The notes under the pieces are model-generated. The model was not told the DNA's origin. It ran no database searches and was given only the letters and a program-made list of their open reading frames with translations. This document shows, piece by piece, positions 18,534 through 29,680 of a stretch of 64,000 bases of DNA (the stretch's first letter is position 1; each line of letters opens with the position of its first letter). The position numbers were made by a program, and so were the translations under genes. This DNA is from Dehalococcoidia bacterium. GTDB taxonomy: Bacteria; Chloroflexota; Dehalococcoidia; UBA2979. The stretch lies in NCBI GenBank assembly GCA_964291495.2, contig OZ219871.1:1088001-1152000 (forward strand), written 5' to 3'.

Positions 18534-19435
18534 CAGTCTCCGTCCGTCGAGACGACCTCGGCGCCCGCCGCCCGCGGCGCGCAGACGCGCGTGACGGCCT
18601 CGACGCCGCGAGCGGCGGCGGCGGCCCGCATGGCGCCCGCGATCTCCTCGAAGCGATCGGTCGCGAGGGCGGCGATCGTGGGGCCGCCGCCGGAGAGATA
18701 GACGCCGTGCGCGCCCGCGTCCCGCGCCGCCTGGAAGATCTGGTACATCGGCTCGAAGATCGTCGCGCGCGCCGGCTGGTGCAGCACGTCCTCCGTGGCG
18801 ATCTGCAGCAGGTCGTAGCGGCGCGCCTGCAAGGCCGCAAGCAGCAGCGCCGCGCGGCCGATGTTGTGCACCGCCTGGTTGCGCGTCAGCCGCTCCGGCA
18901 GTCTGCGCCGCGTCTCCTCGGTCGGCATCGAGAACGCCGGGATCAGCAGCACGAGCTGCAGCTCCTCCGGCAACTCGACGCCGATCTGCGTCACGCCCTT
19001 GCCTTCGTCCGTCTCGACGATCACGCGCAGCCCGCCGAACATCGCCGGCACGGCGTTGTCGGCGTGGCGTTCGAGCTGCACGGCCAGCGGCAGCAACACG
19101 TCCGGGTCGTACTCGCTGCCGATCAGCGCGTCGGCGGCCAGCAGCCCGCCGACGCGCGCGGCAGCCGAGATCCCGAGCCCGCGCCCCACCGGCAAGTCGG
19201 ACTCGTACGTCACCTCGATGCCTGCGGGCAGCGGGAGCGCGGCGCGCTCGTAGAGCAGCATCGCGGCGCGGGCCGCCATCGCGGGGATCGGGTCGGCGGG
19301 TGTATCGACGGGCTCATCGCTGAGCCGGAATTGCAGGCGCAGCGTCCAGTCGAGCGCGACGCCCAGGCTGTCGAAGCCCGGCCCGAGGTTCGCGGAGGTT
19401 GCGGGAACCTCGACGACGACTTCCCGGGCGACCAT
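18533..19435 (-). CDS. thrB: Homoserine kinase
   Basis: [32 protein letters not shown]. Confidence 0.95.
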   Translation of the reverse strand: MVAREVVVEVPATSANLGPGFDSLGVALDWTLRLQFRLSDEPVDTPADPIPAMAARAAMLLYERAALPLPAGIEVTYESDLPVGRGLGISAAARVGGLLAADALIGSEYDPDVLLPLAVQLERHADNAVPAMFGGLRVIVETDEGKGVTQIGVELPEELQLVLLIPAFSMPTEETRRRLPERLTRNQAVHNIGRAALLLAALQARRYDLLQIATEDVLHQPARATIFEPMYQIFQAARDAGAHGVYLSGGGPTIAALATDRFEEIAGAMRAAAAARGVEAVTRVCAPRAAGAEVVSTDGD

Positions 19436-19448
19436 TGCCGCCCCGGAC

Positions 19449-20624
19449 CTAGTTCAGCCGCTCGAAGATCGAGGCGATGCCCTGGCCGCCACCGATGCAG
19501 AGCGTGACGAGGCCGTAGCGGCCGCCGCTGCGCTCCAGTTCGTGCATCGCCTTCACGGTCAGGATCGTGCCGCTCGCGCCCACGGGGTGCCCGAGGGCGA
19601 TCGCCCCGCCGTTCGGGTTCGTACGCTCGTCCGGCAGCCCGAGCGAGGTGCTGCACGCAGCCGCGACGGCCGCGAACGCCTCGTTCAGCTCGATCGTGTC
19701 GAGGTCGTCGACGCTGAGACCGGCCCGCTCGAGCGCGCGCTCGGAGGCCGGGATCGGGCCTGAGCCCATGATCCGGCCCTCGACGCCCGCCTCGGCGCGG
19801 GAGACGAGGCGCAGCCGCGGCGTCAGGCCCAGCTCGGCGGCCTTGCGTGCGGTGGTGACGACCACGGCCGCCGCGCCGTCGTTGATGCCGGAGGCGTTGC
19901 CGGCGGTGACGGCACCGTCCGCCTTGAAGGCCGGGCGCAGCCTGCCAAGCGCCTCGAGGTCCGTGCCGCGAGGGTGCTCGTCCGTGTCGAAGGTCACGGT
20001 GTTGCGGCCCTGGCGCACCTCCAGCGGGAGGATCTGGTCCTTGAAGCGGCCAGCCTCGATCGCCGCGAGCGCGCGCTCCTGCGACTTCAGCGCGTACTCG
20101 TCCTGGACCGTGCGGGACACCTCGAACTGCTCGGCGAGGTTCTCCGCGGTGATGCCCATGTGGCACTGCTCGTGCGGGTCCGAGATGAGGTGCAGCAGGT
20201 TGTCCTCGAGCGTGTCGTGACCGAGGCGGTAGCCGGTGCGGCCCTTGCGCAGCAGGTAGGGCGCCATGCTCATGTTCTCGGCGCCACCCGCGACGATGAT
20301 CTCGGCGTCGCCGGTCTGCAGCCAGCGGGCGGCGGTGTTGATCGCCTCGAGCCCGGAGCCGCAGATGCGGTTCACGGTGTAGGCCGGCGTGTCGATCGGC
20401 AGCCCCGCCTTGAGCGTGGCGACGCGCGAGATGTAGCCGTCCTCGGCGACCTGCCCGACGCAGCCGAGGATCACCTGATCGACCTGCTCGCCCTCGATGC
20501 CGGCGCGGGCTACGGCCTCCCTGATCACCGCCGCAGCGAGGTCCGAGGCGGGAGTCTGGCTGAGCGTCCCGTTCATCGTGCCGATGGCGGTGCGGACACC
20601 GCTGATGATGACAACGTCATCCAT
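19449..20624 (-). CDS. Acetyl-CoA C-acetyltransferase (thiolase)
   Basis: NRICGSG, NEAFA, GHPVGASG, CIGGGQG. Confidence 0.96.
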   Translation of the reverse strand: MDDVVIISGVRTAIGTMNGTLSQTPASDLAAAVIREAVARAGIEGEQVDQVILGCVGQVAEDGYISRVATLKAGLPIDTPAYTVNRICGSGLEAINTAARWLQTGDAEIIVAGGAENMSMAPYLLRKGRTGYRLGHDTLEDNLLHLISDPHEQCHMGITAENLAEQFEVSRTVQDEYALKSQERALAAIEAGRFKDQILPLEVRQGRNTVTFDTDEHPRGTDLEALGRLRPAFKADGAVTAGNASGINDGAAAVVVTTARKAAELGLTPRLRLVSRAEAGVEGRIMGSGPIPASERALERAGLSVDDLDTIELNEAFAAVAAACSTSLGLPDERTNPNGGAIALGHPVGASGTILTVKAMHELERSGGRYGLVTLCIGGGQGIASIFERLN

Positions 20625-20760
20625 GCCGAGGCCCCCTTTTTGGGTACGCCGCTGCGATTCCGGCGCAGTCTACATGAGCAATACGCAGAGATCGCCCCAT
20701 CCGGATGCACAAGCCGTGCACAGATCGCCAGCTATTCCGGAGGGATTCCAGCCCGGCGGC

Positions 20761-21453
20761 TCACGCCTCGGCGAGTCGCTCCACGCTCTCCCACGCCGCC
20801 TCGGCGAGCGCGTCCGGCGGCTGGGTTGCGTCCAGCACGAGCCAGCGCCCGGAGCCGGCCTCCGCCTCGGCCAGGTAGCCGGTGCGGACGCGGCGATGGA
20901 AGTCCAGCGGCTCCCGCTCCAGGTAGTCGGTCACGCGGCCGACCCGGCGCAACCCCTCGAACGGCGGCAGGTCCAGCAACACCGTCAGATCGGGCATCAG
21001 CCCGCCCGTGGCGACCGCGTTCGCGGCGTCCACCGCCTCGCGCTCGATGCCGCGGCCGTAGTGCTGGTAGGCGACCGTCGAGTCGGCGTAGCGGTCGCAG
21101 AGCACGAGCGCACCGCGCTCGAGGGCCGGGCGGATCACTTCCGCGACGATCTGCGCGCGCGCCGCCGCGAACACCAGCAGCTCAGCTCGTGCGTCCGGCG
21201 GCTCGGTGGAGGGCGCGCCCAGCAGCGCCTCGCGCAGCCGCTCGCCCAGCCACGTGCCTCCGGGCTCCCGGCACGTCACCACCTGGTCGCCGGTGTCGTT
21301 CGTTCGGGCCTGGAGGAGGGGCAGCAGCCGTGAACCGCCCGTGCTCCCGTCATCCCCGCGAGCGCGCTCCGCGAGCGTGGCCAGCAGTGTGGACTTGCCG
21401 GCACCCTCGCCGCCCTCGAACGTGACGAAGCAGCCTGCCCGTGGTCCGCTCAT
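20761..21453 (-). CDS. tmk: Thymidylate kinase with ~20-aa insertion
   Basis: [28 protein letters not shown]. Confidence 0.95.
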   Translation of the reverse strand: MSGPRAGCFVTFEGGEGAGKSTLLATLAERARGDDGSTGGSRLLPLLQARTNDTGDQVVTCREPGGTWLGERLREALLGAPSTEPPDARAELLVFAAARAQIVAEVIRPALERGALVLCDRYADSTVAYQHYGRGIEREAVDAANAVATGGLMPDLTVLLDLPPFEGLRRVGRVTDYLEREPLDFHRRVRTGYLAEAEAGSGRWLVLDATQPPDALAEAAWESVERLAEA

Positions 21454-23078
21454 CGGCTCTCCTCCAGGATCTGGGCGCCGCGCGGCCAGGGCGGGGGAGC
21501 CCCGGCGCCGGGCCCAGGCCCGACGAGCACCCGCCGGTAGGGCTCGCGCCCGCGCGAGGACGAACTCGCCCCGTGGCGCGCCGCCAGCTCGTGCTGCAGG
21601 CGGCGGATGTAGGAGTTCTGCGGCGTCAGCTCGATGCGCTGCTCGCCGCCATGGCTGACCGCGGCGATCGCGTCCTCGGCCTCGCGCAGCGCCGCCGTCG
21701 TCGGGTCGGCGCCCTCGCCGTCGCCGCGCATGCGCAGCAGCGCGCCGGCCATCTGCGTCACGGTGTTGTTGCGCAGCACCAGCACCGGGACGCCGCGCGC
21801 CTCCGCCTCGCGCAGCGGACCGCTGCGCCGCCGGTAGTAGGGGCGCAACGTCAGCACCGCGTCCGCGTCGGCGAGGCGATCGACCACCTCGGCCTGCGAT
21901 CGCGTCGAGGTGATCGCCTCCTCCAGCCGCGCCCGGCTCACGCCGAAGGGCAACAGCCGCCGCGGTGGACCGCCGGGGGCGGGGGTGAGCAGGCGCGGCT
22001 CCCGAGGCGACTCGTCGCGCTCGCTCGCCAGTGATTCGTGCGCACTCGGCGTGACGCTGACGCGCTCGACCTGCGCCACCTCGCCGACGCTGCCCAGCGT
22101 ACGCACCTCGGCGTCCGCATCGAAGCCGCGCAGCAGCTTGTCCACCGTCGCGCCGATGTCCTCGTGCACCGCGACTCGCACGAACGACTGGATCTCGACG
22201 AGCGAGTTGAAGGTCGGCGGCGCGCGGCGCTCCAGCACCGTCTTCTGCGTGCCGCGCCGGCGCGCCTCCTCGTCGCCGAGCGTGACCGATTCGATGCCGC
22301 CGATCAGGTCGGACAGCGTCGGGTTCTGCATCAGGTTGTGCAGCGTGTTGCCGTGCGCCGTGCCGATCAGCTGCACCCCGCGCTCGGCGATCGTGCGCGC
22401 CGCCGTCGCCTCGAGGCTGGCGCCGATCTCGTCGATCACGATCACCTCGGGCATGTGGTTCTCGACCGCCTCGATCATCACCTGGTGTTGCAGCTCCGGC
22501 TTCGGCACCTGCATCCGCCGCGCGCTGCCGATGCCGTGGTGCGGGATGTCGCCGTCGCCGCCGATCTCGTTCGAGGTGTCGACGATCACGACGCGGCGGC
22601 CCAGCTCGTCGGCGAGCACGCGCGCCGCCTCGCGCAGCATCGTCGTCTTCCCGACCCCCGGCGCGCCGAGCAGGAGCACGCTGCGGCCGGACTCGACGAG
22701 ATCGAGGATTGCGCCAGCCGATCCGGTGACGGCGCGCCCGACCCGGCAGGTCAGCCCGACGATCCGGCCGCGGCGATTGCGGATCGCCGAGATGCGGTGC
22801 AGCGTCCTCGGAATCCCCGCGCGGTTGTCGTCGCCGAACTCGGAGACCGAGGCGACGACGTGGTCGATGTCCTGCTCCGTGACTTCGCCCTCGTCGAGCG
22901 CCAGCTCGCGGTCGCTGTAGCGCGCCGTCGGCGGCCGCCCGAGGTCGAGCACCACCTCGAGCAGCCCGTCGCCGTCCGCGGCGCCGTCGTCCTGGGCGGT
23001 CAGCGCCGTGGCGACGCGCGGCGGCAGCGCCGCGACCAGCAGCTCGCGCTCGATGCGGTCGTCGAAGCCGTCGGCCAC
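21450..23078 (-). CDS. Ycf45/SpoIIIAA-like AAA ATPase with C-terminal R3H domain
   Basis: [35 protein letters not shown]. Confidence 0.9.
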   Translation of the reverse strand: MADGFDDRIERELLVAALPPRVATALTAQDDGAADGDGLLEVVLDLGRPPTARYSDRELALDEGEVTEQDIDHVVASVSEFGDDNRAGIPRTLHRISAIRNRRGRIVGLTCRVGRAVTGSAGAILDLVESGRSVLLLGAPGVGKTTMLREAARVLADELGRRVVIVDTSNEIGGDGDIPHHGIGSARRMQVPKPELQHQVMIEAVENHMPEVIVIDEIGASLEATAARTIAERGVQLIGTAHGNTLHNLMQNPTLSDLIGGIESVTLGDEEARRRGTQKTVLERRAPPTFNSLVEIQSFVRVAVHEDIGATVDKLLRGFDADAEVRTLGSVGEVAQVERVSVTPSAHESLASERDESPREPRLLTPAPGGPPRRLLPFGVSRARLEEAITSTRSQAEVVDRLADADAVLTLRPYYRRRSGPLREAEARGVPVLVLRNNTVTQMAGALLRMRGDGEGADPTTAALREAEDAIAAVSHGGEQRIELTPQNSYIRRLQHELAARHGASSSSRGREPYRRVLVGPGPGAGAPPPWPRGAQILEESR

Positions 23079-23082
23079 CTCG

Positions 23083-24018
23083 TTACCCTCCGGCCGGCGC
23101 GGCCACGCCCACGGTGGCGGGCACGGCCTCCTCAACGGGCTGCGTGAGCCGGCGGCTCAGCAGCACGTACTCCTCCTGCAGCTCGAAGCCCACGCCCGCG
23201 AGCGCGCCCTCGACGGCGGTCGAACCCGCAGGCGTGAGCGCGAACAGCGGCTCGCCCTGCGTCAGGCGCGGCCAGGCGCTGCGCAGCAGCGCGCTCGCCG
23301 CCTCGCCGCTCGCGGCCTGCAGCTCGAGCTGCTCGCCGCCCTGGCAGCGACCGAGGCTGAGGCAGCCGGCGATGCGTCCACCCTCGATTGCCACGGTCTC
23401 GCGCGGGCGGCGGCTCAGCCACTGCTGCTCGAGCATCGCGCGCCACTGCTCGTAGGTCGGCGCGAGCACGCGCCGGGCGGCCGGCGGCAGCAGGCGCTGG
23501 CAGAGCTGGAAGCGCCCAAACCAGTCGCTCTCCCCGGCCTCGCGCACGTCCAGCGAGGACTGCCGCGCGGAGGCCGGCATCCGCCCCGCCGTCGGGGCGC
23601 GCCAGAGCCGCTCGGCGAGCACCGGATCGAAGCCGTGCGCGCGCACCTCGGCGACCGCGTCGCCGAACGCCGCCGGCATGCGCAGCAGCAGCATGCGCAC
23701 CTCGGAGCGCAGCGCCTCTTCCTCGGCCTGCGCGAGCAGCGCGCCGAGCACCGCGCCGTCCCCGTCGCCGGCGTCGATCAGCGTGTCGATCTGCCAGGCG
23801 TCCGGCCCGGCGAGTGGGCGCGCAGTGGCGATCCCGTGGATCTGCCTGCCGCGCACCTCGAGCCAGAGGTCGCGCCGCCGCAGCCAGTGCGTGAGCGCCG
23901 CGGCGAGGGCGTGCGGGGCCTGCTGCGGCTTGCCCAGCCGCTCGCGCGTGATCGCGAGGTTCGGGTAGACCGCTCCCTCGAACGTAACGAGGGCAATCAG
24001 ATCGCCGGGGCCGATCAC
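23083..24018 (-). CDS. Hypothetical protein, possible tandem GNAT fold
   Basis: Translationally coupled to pdxT; [11 protein letters not shown] and ..GF motifs repeated twice. Confidence 0.55.
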   Translation of the reverse strand: MIGPGDLIALVTFEGAVYPNLAITRERLGKPQQAPHALAAALTHWLRRRDLWLEVRGRQIHGIATARPLAGPDAWQIDTLIDAGDGDGAVLGALLAQAEEEALRSEVRMLLLRMPAAFGDAVAEVRAHGFDPVLAERLWRAPTAGRMPASARQSSLDVREAGESDWFGRFQLCQRLLPPAARRVLAPTYEQWRAMLEQQWLSRRPRETVAIEGGRIAGCLSLGRCQGGEQLELQAASGEAASALLRSAWPRLTQGEPLFALTPAGSTAVEGALAGVGFELQEEYVLLSRRLTQPVEEAVPATVGVAAPAGG

Positions 24019-24665
24019 GCGCTCAGCTCCTCCGCCCGCACGCGGCGCTCGTGCGCCACGTCTAGCCGTTCTCCCACCATCGCGGCGAACATCGCGTGCA
24101 GCCGCGGGTCGTCCGTCAGCTCCGGGTGGAACGTCGTCGCCAGCAATGCGCCCGCGCGGCAGGCCGCGATCGAGCCGTCATCGAGGCGCGCGAGCACTTC
24201 AACGCCCGGACCGGTCTCGACAATCGCCGGGGCGCGGATGAAGACGCCGCGGAAGGGGCCGCCCTCGAGGCCGGCGATCTCGAGGTCGGCCTCGAAGGAG
24301 TCGAGCTGCCGCCCGAAGGCGTTGCGCTCGACGGTGATGTCGAGCACGCCGAGCGTCGGGCGGTCCAGCCCCGGCGCGCGCTCGGCGAGCAAGATCGCGC
24401 CCGCGCAGGTGCCCCAGACCGGCAGGCCCGAGGCGATCCGCTCGCGCAGCGGCTCGCGCAGCCCGAAGGCGAGCAGCAGCCGCGCGATCGTCGTGCTCTC
24501 GCCGCCGGGGATGATCAGCCCGTCGGCAGCGTCCAGCTGCTCCAGCGTGCGCACCTCGAACGCGGGCAGGTCGAGCGCGGCGAGGCTGGCGACGTGCTCG
24601 CGGAAGTCGCCCTGCAGGGCGAGTACGCCGATCCGGGGACGCCTGGCGCTCGCTGGTGCGGCCAC
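24015..24665 (-). CDS. pdxT: PLP synthase glutaminase subunit
   Basis: IGVLALQGDFREH, PGGESTT, GTCAG, RNAFGRQ, FHPE. Confidence 0.96.
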   Translation of the reverse strand: MAAPASARRPRIGVLALQGDFREHVASLAALDLPAFEVRTLEQLDAADGLIIPGGESTTIARLLLAFGLREPLRERIASGLPVWGTCAGAILLAERAPGLDRPTLGVLDITVERNAFGRQLDSFEADLEIAGLEGGPFRGVFIRAPAIVETGPGVEVLARLDDGSIAACRAGALLATTFHPELTDDPRLHAMFAAMVGERLDVAHERRVRAEELSA

Positions 24666-24673
24666 GGCTGGTC

Positions 24674-25600
24674 CTAGTTGCCGCGGACCGCCAGCTGCTC
24701 CGCCGGCGGCAACGCGGACGCGGACTGCCCGCGCATCGGCTCGCCAATCTCGCGCGAGACCTCCGCGAGCATCGCGGGATCCTCGAAGTGGGTCACGGCC
24801 TTCACGATCGCCGCCGCCATCTCCGCCGGCTGCTCCGACTTGAAGATGCCGGAGCCGACGAAGACGCCGTCCGCGCCGAGCTGCATCATCAGTGCGGCGT
24901 CGGCCGGCGTGGCGACGCCGCCCGCCGAGAAGTTGACGACGGGCAGGCGGCCGAGCCGCCTGACCTCCTCCACCAGCTCCAGCGGCGCGCCGAGTTCCTT
25001 GGCGTGCGAGGCCAGCTCCTCGTCGCGCAGGCCCTCGATGCGGCGGATGCCGCCCCAGACGGCGCGCATGTGGCGCACCGCCTCCACGATGTCGCCGGTG
25101 CCGGCCTCGCCCTTGGTGCGGATCATCGCTGCGCCCTCGGCGATCCGGCGCAGCGCCTCGCCCAGGTCGCGGCAGCCGCAGACGAAGGGCACGCGAAAGC
25201 CGCGCTTGTCGATGTGATGGGCCTCGTCCGCCGGGGTCAGCACCTCCGACTCGTCGATGTAGTCCACGCCGATCGCCTCGAGGATCTGCGCCTCGACGAA
25301 GTGGCCGATGCGCGCCTTGGCCATGACGGGGATCGTGACGGACTGGCAGATCTCCTCGATCAGCGCGACGTGGCTCATGCGCGCGACGCCGCCGGCGGCG
25401 CGGATGTCGCTCGGCACGCGCTCGAGGGCCATCACCGCCGCCGCGCCCGCCTCCTCGGCGATGCGCGCGTGCTCGGCCGTGACCACGTCCATGATCACGC
25501 CGCCCTTGAGCATCTGCGCGAGCCCGGCCTTCACGCGCCAGGTAGCCGTCTCGCCTCGCTCGTTCGCCTCGTCGACGCGGTTTCCGTTGGTGGTCGCCAT
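24674..25600 (-). CDS. pdxS: PLP synthase subunit
   Basis: [38 protein letters not shown]. Confidence 0.98.
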   Translation of the reverse strand: MATTNGNRVDEANERGETATWRVKAGLAQMLKGGVIMDVVTAEHARIAEEAGAAAVMALERVPSDIRAAGGVARMSHVALIEEICQSVTIPVMAKARIGHFVEAQILEAIGVDYIDESEVLTPADEAHHIDKRGFRVPFVCGCRDLGEALRRIAEGAAMIRTKGEAGTGDIVEAVRHMRAVWGGIRRIEGLRDEELASHAKELGAPLELVEEVRRLGRLPVVNFSAGGVATPADAALMMQLGADGVFVGSGIFKSEQPAEMAAAIVKAVTHFEDPAMLAEVSREIGEPMRGQSASALPPAEQLAVRGN

Positions 25601-25672
25601 GACGCTCCCGTACGCCGTCGCGTAGTTGCGCCCTCCATTGTAGCCGAGGACTCCGCGCTGTCGGGGGCCGAC

Positions 25673-25866
25673 CAAGCCCGATCCGGCCCCCTCTCCCTGG
25701 GGAGAGGGCGGGGGTGAGGGGGAAGACTCCCGCGCCCCTTCGAGAGCCCCGACGGCGCAACGAACTCCAGAGGGCGGATCCTCCCTCACCCTGACCCTCT
25801 CCTCGGGGAGAGGGGACCGGAGGCGATGCGCTCGCTGCCCCGAGGAGAGGGTTACGCGAAGGTCAC
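25673..25866. mobile_element. MITE-like element copy 2 (left terminal repeat missing)
   Basis: Inverted pair of CCCTCTCCC..GGGAGAGGG hairpins; right end GTTACGCGAAGGTCAC; collinear with 38354-38548. Confidence 0.75.
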
Positions 25867-25956
25867 CTTCGCAGCGCCCCGAACGCGGTCCGCGCCGCGC
25901 AGGCGGCGATTCGGACGTAGAATGGGCGGAGGCCGCGATCGACGCCTCGCGACACG

Positions 25957-26367
25957 TTGCGAGGGGAGGACGCCACGGCACAGCACCCCGACGCACCGTC
26001 CGCGCAGCCTGCGCCCAACGATCCGGAACCGGACGAGGCCGCGCCGCTGCGCCCTCCGGCGCCGCTGATCCCGCGCGCCGCGGCGTCCCCGGACGACGCC
26101 CCCGAGGACGAGCCGCCCGCCGGCGCGCCCTACGCGGACCTCGTCGCCGCCGCCGAGGACACCGACCCCGAGCCGCAGCCAGCGGCGCAGCCGGACCCGG
26201 GGCAGCGCAGGCGACACCTGATCGTGGCGTCGCTGGCTACGGGCGTGGGCGCGGCGGCGATCGTCTCCAGCGTCGCGGCCGGCGACATCGTCTCGATCAC
26301 CTCGTTCGCCGGGGTGCTGTTCCTCGCGGTTGCCGCCGCGCGCTACAGTCTGGCGCGCAGCGCCTGA
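25957..26367 (+). CDS. Hypothetical protein, Pro/acidic N-terminus and two C-terminal TM helices
   Basis: ORF heading the usp-trkA unit; start uncertain. Confidence 0.5.
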   Translation: MRGEDATAQHPDAPSAQPAPNDPEPDEAAPLRPPAPLIPRAAASPDDAPEDEPPAGAPYADLVAAAEDTDPEPQPAAQPDPGQRRRHLIVASLATGVGAAAIVSSVAAGDIVSITSFAGVLFLAVAAARYSLARSA

Positions 26368-26386
26368 CCGGACGCGGGGAGACAGC

Positions 26387-26860
26387 GTGGCCAGACCCGA
26401 GAGCACCCGCCGCGTCGAGCAACTGCTCGTACCCCTCGACGGCTCGGAGGCCGCCTACCAGGCGCTCGGCGCCGCCTGCGACATCGCCCGGATCCATCGC
26501 GCCAGCGTCACCTCGCTGTACGTGATCGAGGTGCCGCGCACGCTCCCCCTCGACGCCGAACTCGCGCGCGACTTCGACCGCGGGGAGGCGATCCTCTCGC
26601 GGGCCGAGGAGGTCGCCCGCGACCACCGGGTTCCGCTGGAAGGCTCGATGTGCCAGGCGCGCCAGGCCGGCCACGCCGTCGTCGACGAGGCGATCGAGCG
26701 CAACTCCGACGCGATCGTCGTCGGCGTCGGGTACGAGCGGCCCTACGGCCGCTTCCGCCTGGGACGCCTGCCGCAGTACGTGCTCGCGCACGCGCCCTGC
26801 GAGGTCTGGCTCTTCCGCTACACGCCGGAGGAGGCAGCCGACGGGAGCGGCTTGGCGTAG
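26387..26860 (+). CDS. Universal stress protein
   Basis: LLVPLDGSE, DAIVVG, LG..PQYVLAHAPCEV. Confidence 0.9.
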   Translation: MARPESTRRVEQLLVPLDGSEAAYQALGAACDIARIHRASVTSLYVIEVPRTLPLDAELARDFDRGEAILSRAEEVARDHRVPLEGSMCQARQAGHAVVDEAIERNSDAIVVGVGYERPYGRFRLGRLPQYVLAHAPCEVWLFRYTPEEAADGSGLA

Positions 26861-26869
26861 GCTACAGCC

Positions 26870-27274
26870 ATGAAGATCGTGATCATGGGCTGCGGCCGCG
26901 TCGGCTCGACCGTCGCCACGCGTCTCGACGCCGAGGGCCACGACGTGACGATCGTGGACCTCGAGACGCAGGCGTTCCGCCGCCTCCCGGACAGCTTCGG
27001 CGGCGAGCGCTTCGCGGGCTCGGGCGTGGACGACCGCGTGCTGATCGCCGCCGGCATCCGCGAGGCCGACGCCTTCATCGCACTGACGCAGGGCGACAAC
27101 CGCAACCTCTTCGCCTCGCAGCTGGCGAAGCACCTCTTCCGCGTCGAGACGGTGGTCACGAGGGTCTACGACCCCTTGCGCGCCGAGCTGTTCGCCGATC
27201 TCGGGCTGCGCACGTTCAGCCCCACGAGGATCAGCGGCGACCTCGCCTACGACTCGCTGTTCGAGGGCCGCTAG
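26870..27274 (+). CDS. TrkA-N (RCK_N-only) potassium uptake regulatory protein
   Basis: MKIVIMGCGRVG, AGIREAD, GDNRN. Confidence 0.9.
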   Translation: MKIVIMGCGRVGSTVATRLDAEGHDVTIVDLETQAFRRLPDSFGGERFAGSGVDDRVLIAAGIREADAFIALTQGDNRNLFASQLAKHLFRVETVVTRVYDPLRAELFADLGLRTFSPTRISGDLAYDSLFEGR

Positions 27275-27276
27275 CC

Positions 27277-27975
27277 GTGTACATCATCATCGTCGGCGCC
27301 GGGAACGTCGGCTACGGACTCGCGCTCGAGCTCTACGGCAACACGGACTACGAGGTGCTGCTGGTCGAGCGCCAGCGCCAGCGCGCGCTGCTGCTGCGCG
27401 AGGAGCTCGGCGAACTCGTCGTCGAGGGCGACGGCACGGAGGTCACCTTCCTGGAGCGCATCGGGGCGCGGCGGGCGGATCTGGTGATCGCGGTCACCGG
27501 CGACGACGCGCACAACCTCATCGCCTGCCAGGTGGCGCGGCACTACTTCGGAATCGGCCGCACGATCGCGCGCGTCAACAACCCCCGTAACGAGCGCCTC
27601 TTCCAGCTGCTCGGCATCGAGGCGACCGTCTCCGCGGCCGCCGCCGTCCTCGCCCAGATCGAGGTCGACCTGCCGGAGCAGGCCCTCATCCCGCTGGTCA
27701 AGCTGCGCGCGAGCGGCCTCGAGGTGGTCGACCTGCACGTGCAGGAGGACGCCTCGGCGGCGGGCGTGCCGCTGCGCGATCTCGAGCTTCCGGAGCGCAC
27801 CACAATCTCGCTCGTGATCAGCGGCGAGGGCGCCAACGTGCCGGACGGCGACACCGTGCTGCGGCCCGGCGACGAGATCATCGCGATCATCGACCAGCAG
27901 GCGGAGCCGCAGATGCGGGCGCTGGTGAGCGCGCCGCTGCCGCCCGGCGCAGAGCCGAGGGAGCCGGCGCCGTGA
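27277..27975 (+). CDS. TrkA family protein (RCK_N + RCK_C)
   Basis: IIIVGAGNVG, GDGT, TGDD, ARVNNPRN, PDGDTVLRPGD. Confidence 0.9.
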   Translation: MYIIIVGAGNVGYGLALELYGNTDYEVLLVERQRQRALLLREELGELVVEGDGTEVTFLERIGARRADLVIAVTGDDAHNLIACQVARHYFGIGRTIARVNNPRNERLFQLLGIEATVSAAAAVLAQIEVDLPEQALIPLVKLRASGLEVVDLHVQEDASAAGVPLRDLELPERTTISLVISGEGANVPDGDTVLRPGDEIIAIIDQQAEPQMRALVSAPLPPGAEPREPAP

Positions 27976-28805
27976 GCCGCATCGCGCACCTCGGCCCGCG
28001 CGGCACCTACACCGAGGCCGCCGCGCTCGCCTGGGATCCCGACGCCGAGCTGCTGCCGCTGCCCAGCGTCGCGGCCGCCGCGGCGGCGGTGGAGCGCGGT
28101 GAGGCGGACGCCGCCGTGTGCGCCATCGAGAACTCGATCGAGGGCAGCGTGCGGGAGACCGTCGACCTGCTGCTGCAGGAGGACACAACGCTCCAGATGC
28201 GCGGCGAGATCGTGATCGGCATCCGCCACGCCCTCGTCGGCGCCCCCGGGGTCGACCCCGCCGAGGCGTCCGTCGTCTACTCGCACCCGCAGGCGCTCGC
28301 GCAGTGCCGGGGGCGGCTCGCCGCGCTGGCCCCGAATGCCCAGCCCATGGCGGCGCTGTCCACCGCGGGCGCGATCGAGTCCGCGGTCAACGAACCCGGC
28401 ACGCTCGCCGTGGGCAATACGCTCGCCGCCGCGATCTACGGCGCGACCGTCTATGCCGAGGACATCGCCGACGCGCCCGGCAACGAGACACGCTTTGCGA
28501 TCCTCGCGCCGGAGGACCACCCACCCAGCGGCGACGACAAGACCTCGATCGCCTTCACCACCCATCACGACCGCCCCGGCACGCTCGTCGGCGTGATGCA
28601 GGAGTTCGGGACGCGCGGGCTCAACCTCACGCACATCGAGTCCCGCCCCACGCGGCAGGCCCTCGGCACCTACGTCTTCCTGCTGGACCTGCAGGGCCAC
28701 CGCCTCGACGGGCTGGTGCAGGACGCCCTCGCCAGCGTCGAGGAGCTGACGATGTGGCTGCGCGTGCTCGGCTCCTACCCGCGCTGGACCGCGGGCGCCA
28801 CCTGA
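27972..28805 (+). CDS. pheA: Prephenate dehydratase
   Basis: LGPRGTY, ENSIEG, SHPQALAQC, TRF, IESRP. Confidence 0.96.
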   Translation: MSRIAHLGPRGTYTEAAALAWDPDAELLPLPSVAAAAAAVERGEADAAVCAIENSIEGSVRETVDLLLQEDTTLQMRGEIVIGIRHALVGAPGVDPAEASVVYSHPQALAQCRGRLAALAPNAQPMAALSTAGAIESAVNEPGTLAVGNTLAAAIYGATVYAEDIADAPGNETRFAILAPEDHPPSGDDKTSIAFTTHHDRPGTLVGVMQEFGTRGLNLTHIESRPTRQALGTYVFLLDLQGHRLDGLVQDALASVEELTMWLRVLGSYPRWTAGAT

Positions 28806-28861
28806 GGCGGCCGGCAGGGCCTCCCGGGGCGAACACGACGGGGGCAACGCAGGAGGGCGCC

Positions 28862-29674
28862 ATGCAGCTTGAGGACAAGGTCGCGATCGTGACCGGGGCC
28901 GGGCGCGGGATGGGCAGGGCCATCGCCCTGCACCTCGCCCGCGAGGGCGCGCACGTCGCCGCCGCCGACATCGACGGCTCCACCGCCGAGGAGACCAGCA
29001 GCGCCGTGCAGGAGCTGGGACGACACAGCCTCGCCATCGAGGCCGACGTGGGGGAGCTGGCCGACATCGACCGCATGGTGCAGCAGACCGTGGAGACCCT
29101 CGGCAGGATCGATATCGGCGTCAACAACGCCGGCGTGACCCGGCGTGGGGTCAACGCTCCCGGTGTGACCCGCCGCCTGATCGTCACCGACGTGACCGAG
29201 GAGGACTGGGACCTCTTCAACCGGGTCAACGCGAAAGGCGTCTTCTTCTGCATGCAGCGCATGGCCCGGGAGATGATCCGGCAAGGCGGCGGGGCACGGA
29301 TCATCAACGTCGCCTCGATCGCCGGGAAGGGCTACACGGGCACCTCGAACGCCGCCTATGCGGCAACCAAGGGCGCGGTGATCGCGATGACCCAGATCGC
29401 CGCGCACCAGCTGGCGCAGTTCGATATCAACGTCAACTCGATCTGCCCGGGCGCGACCCGCACGGGCCTCGGCGGCACCAGCTGGGAGGAGCGGGCGGAG
29501 GAGCAGGGCCTCTCCCTGCAGGAGTACGAGCAGCAGCGAGCGGCCGGCATCCCGATCGGGCGCTTCAACGAGCCGGAGGACATCGCCGAGCTGGCCGTGT
29601 TTCTCGCGGGGCCGGGTTCGCGCAACATCACGGGCCAGGCGTACAACGTCGACGGCGGCCTGGTGATGCACTGA
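28862..29674 (+). CDS. SDR family oxidoreductase
   Basis: TGAGRGMG, NNAG, YAATK, NVDGG. Confidence 0.92.
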   Translation: MQLEDKVAIVTGAGRGMGRAIALHLAREGAHVAAADIDGSTAEETSSAVQELGRHSLAIEADVGELADIDRMVQQTVETLGRIDIGVNNAGVTRRGVNAPGVTRRLIVTDVTEEDWDLFNRVNAKGVFFCMQRMAREMIRQGGGARIINVASIAGKGYTGTSNAAYAATKGAVIAMTQIAAHQLAQFDINVNSICPGATRTGLGGTSWEERAEEQGLSLQEYEQQRAAGIPIGRFNEPEDIAELAVFLAGPGSRNITGQAYNVDGGLVMH

Positions 29675-29680
29675 TCAGAG

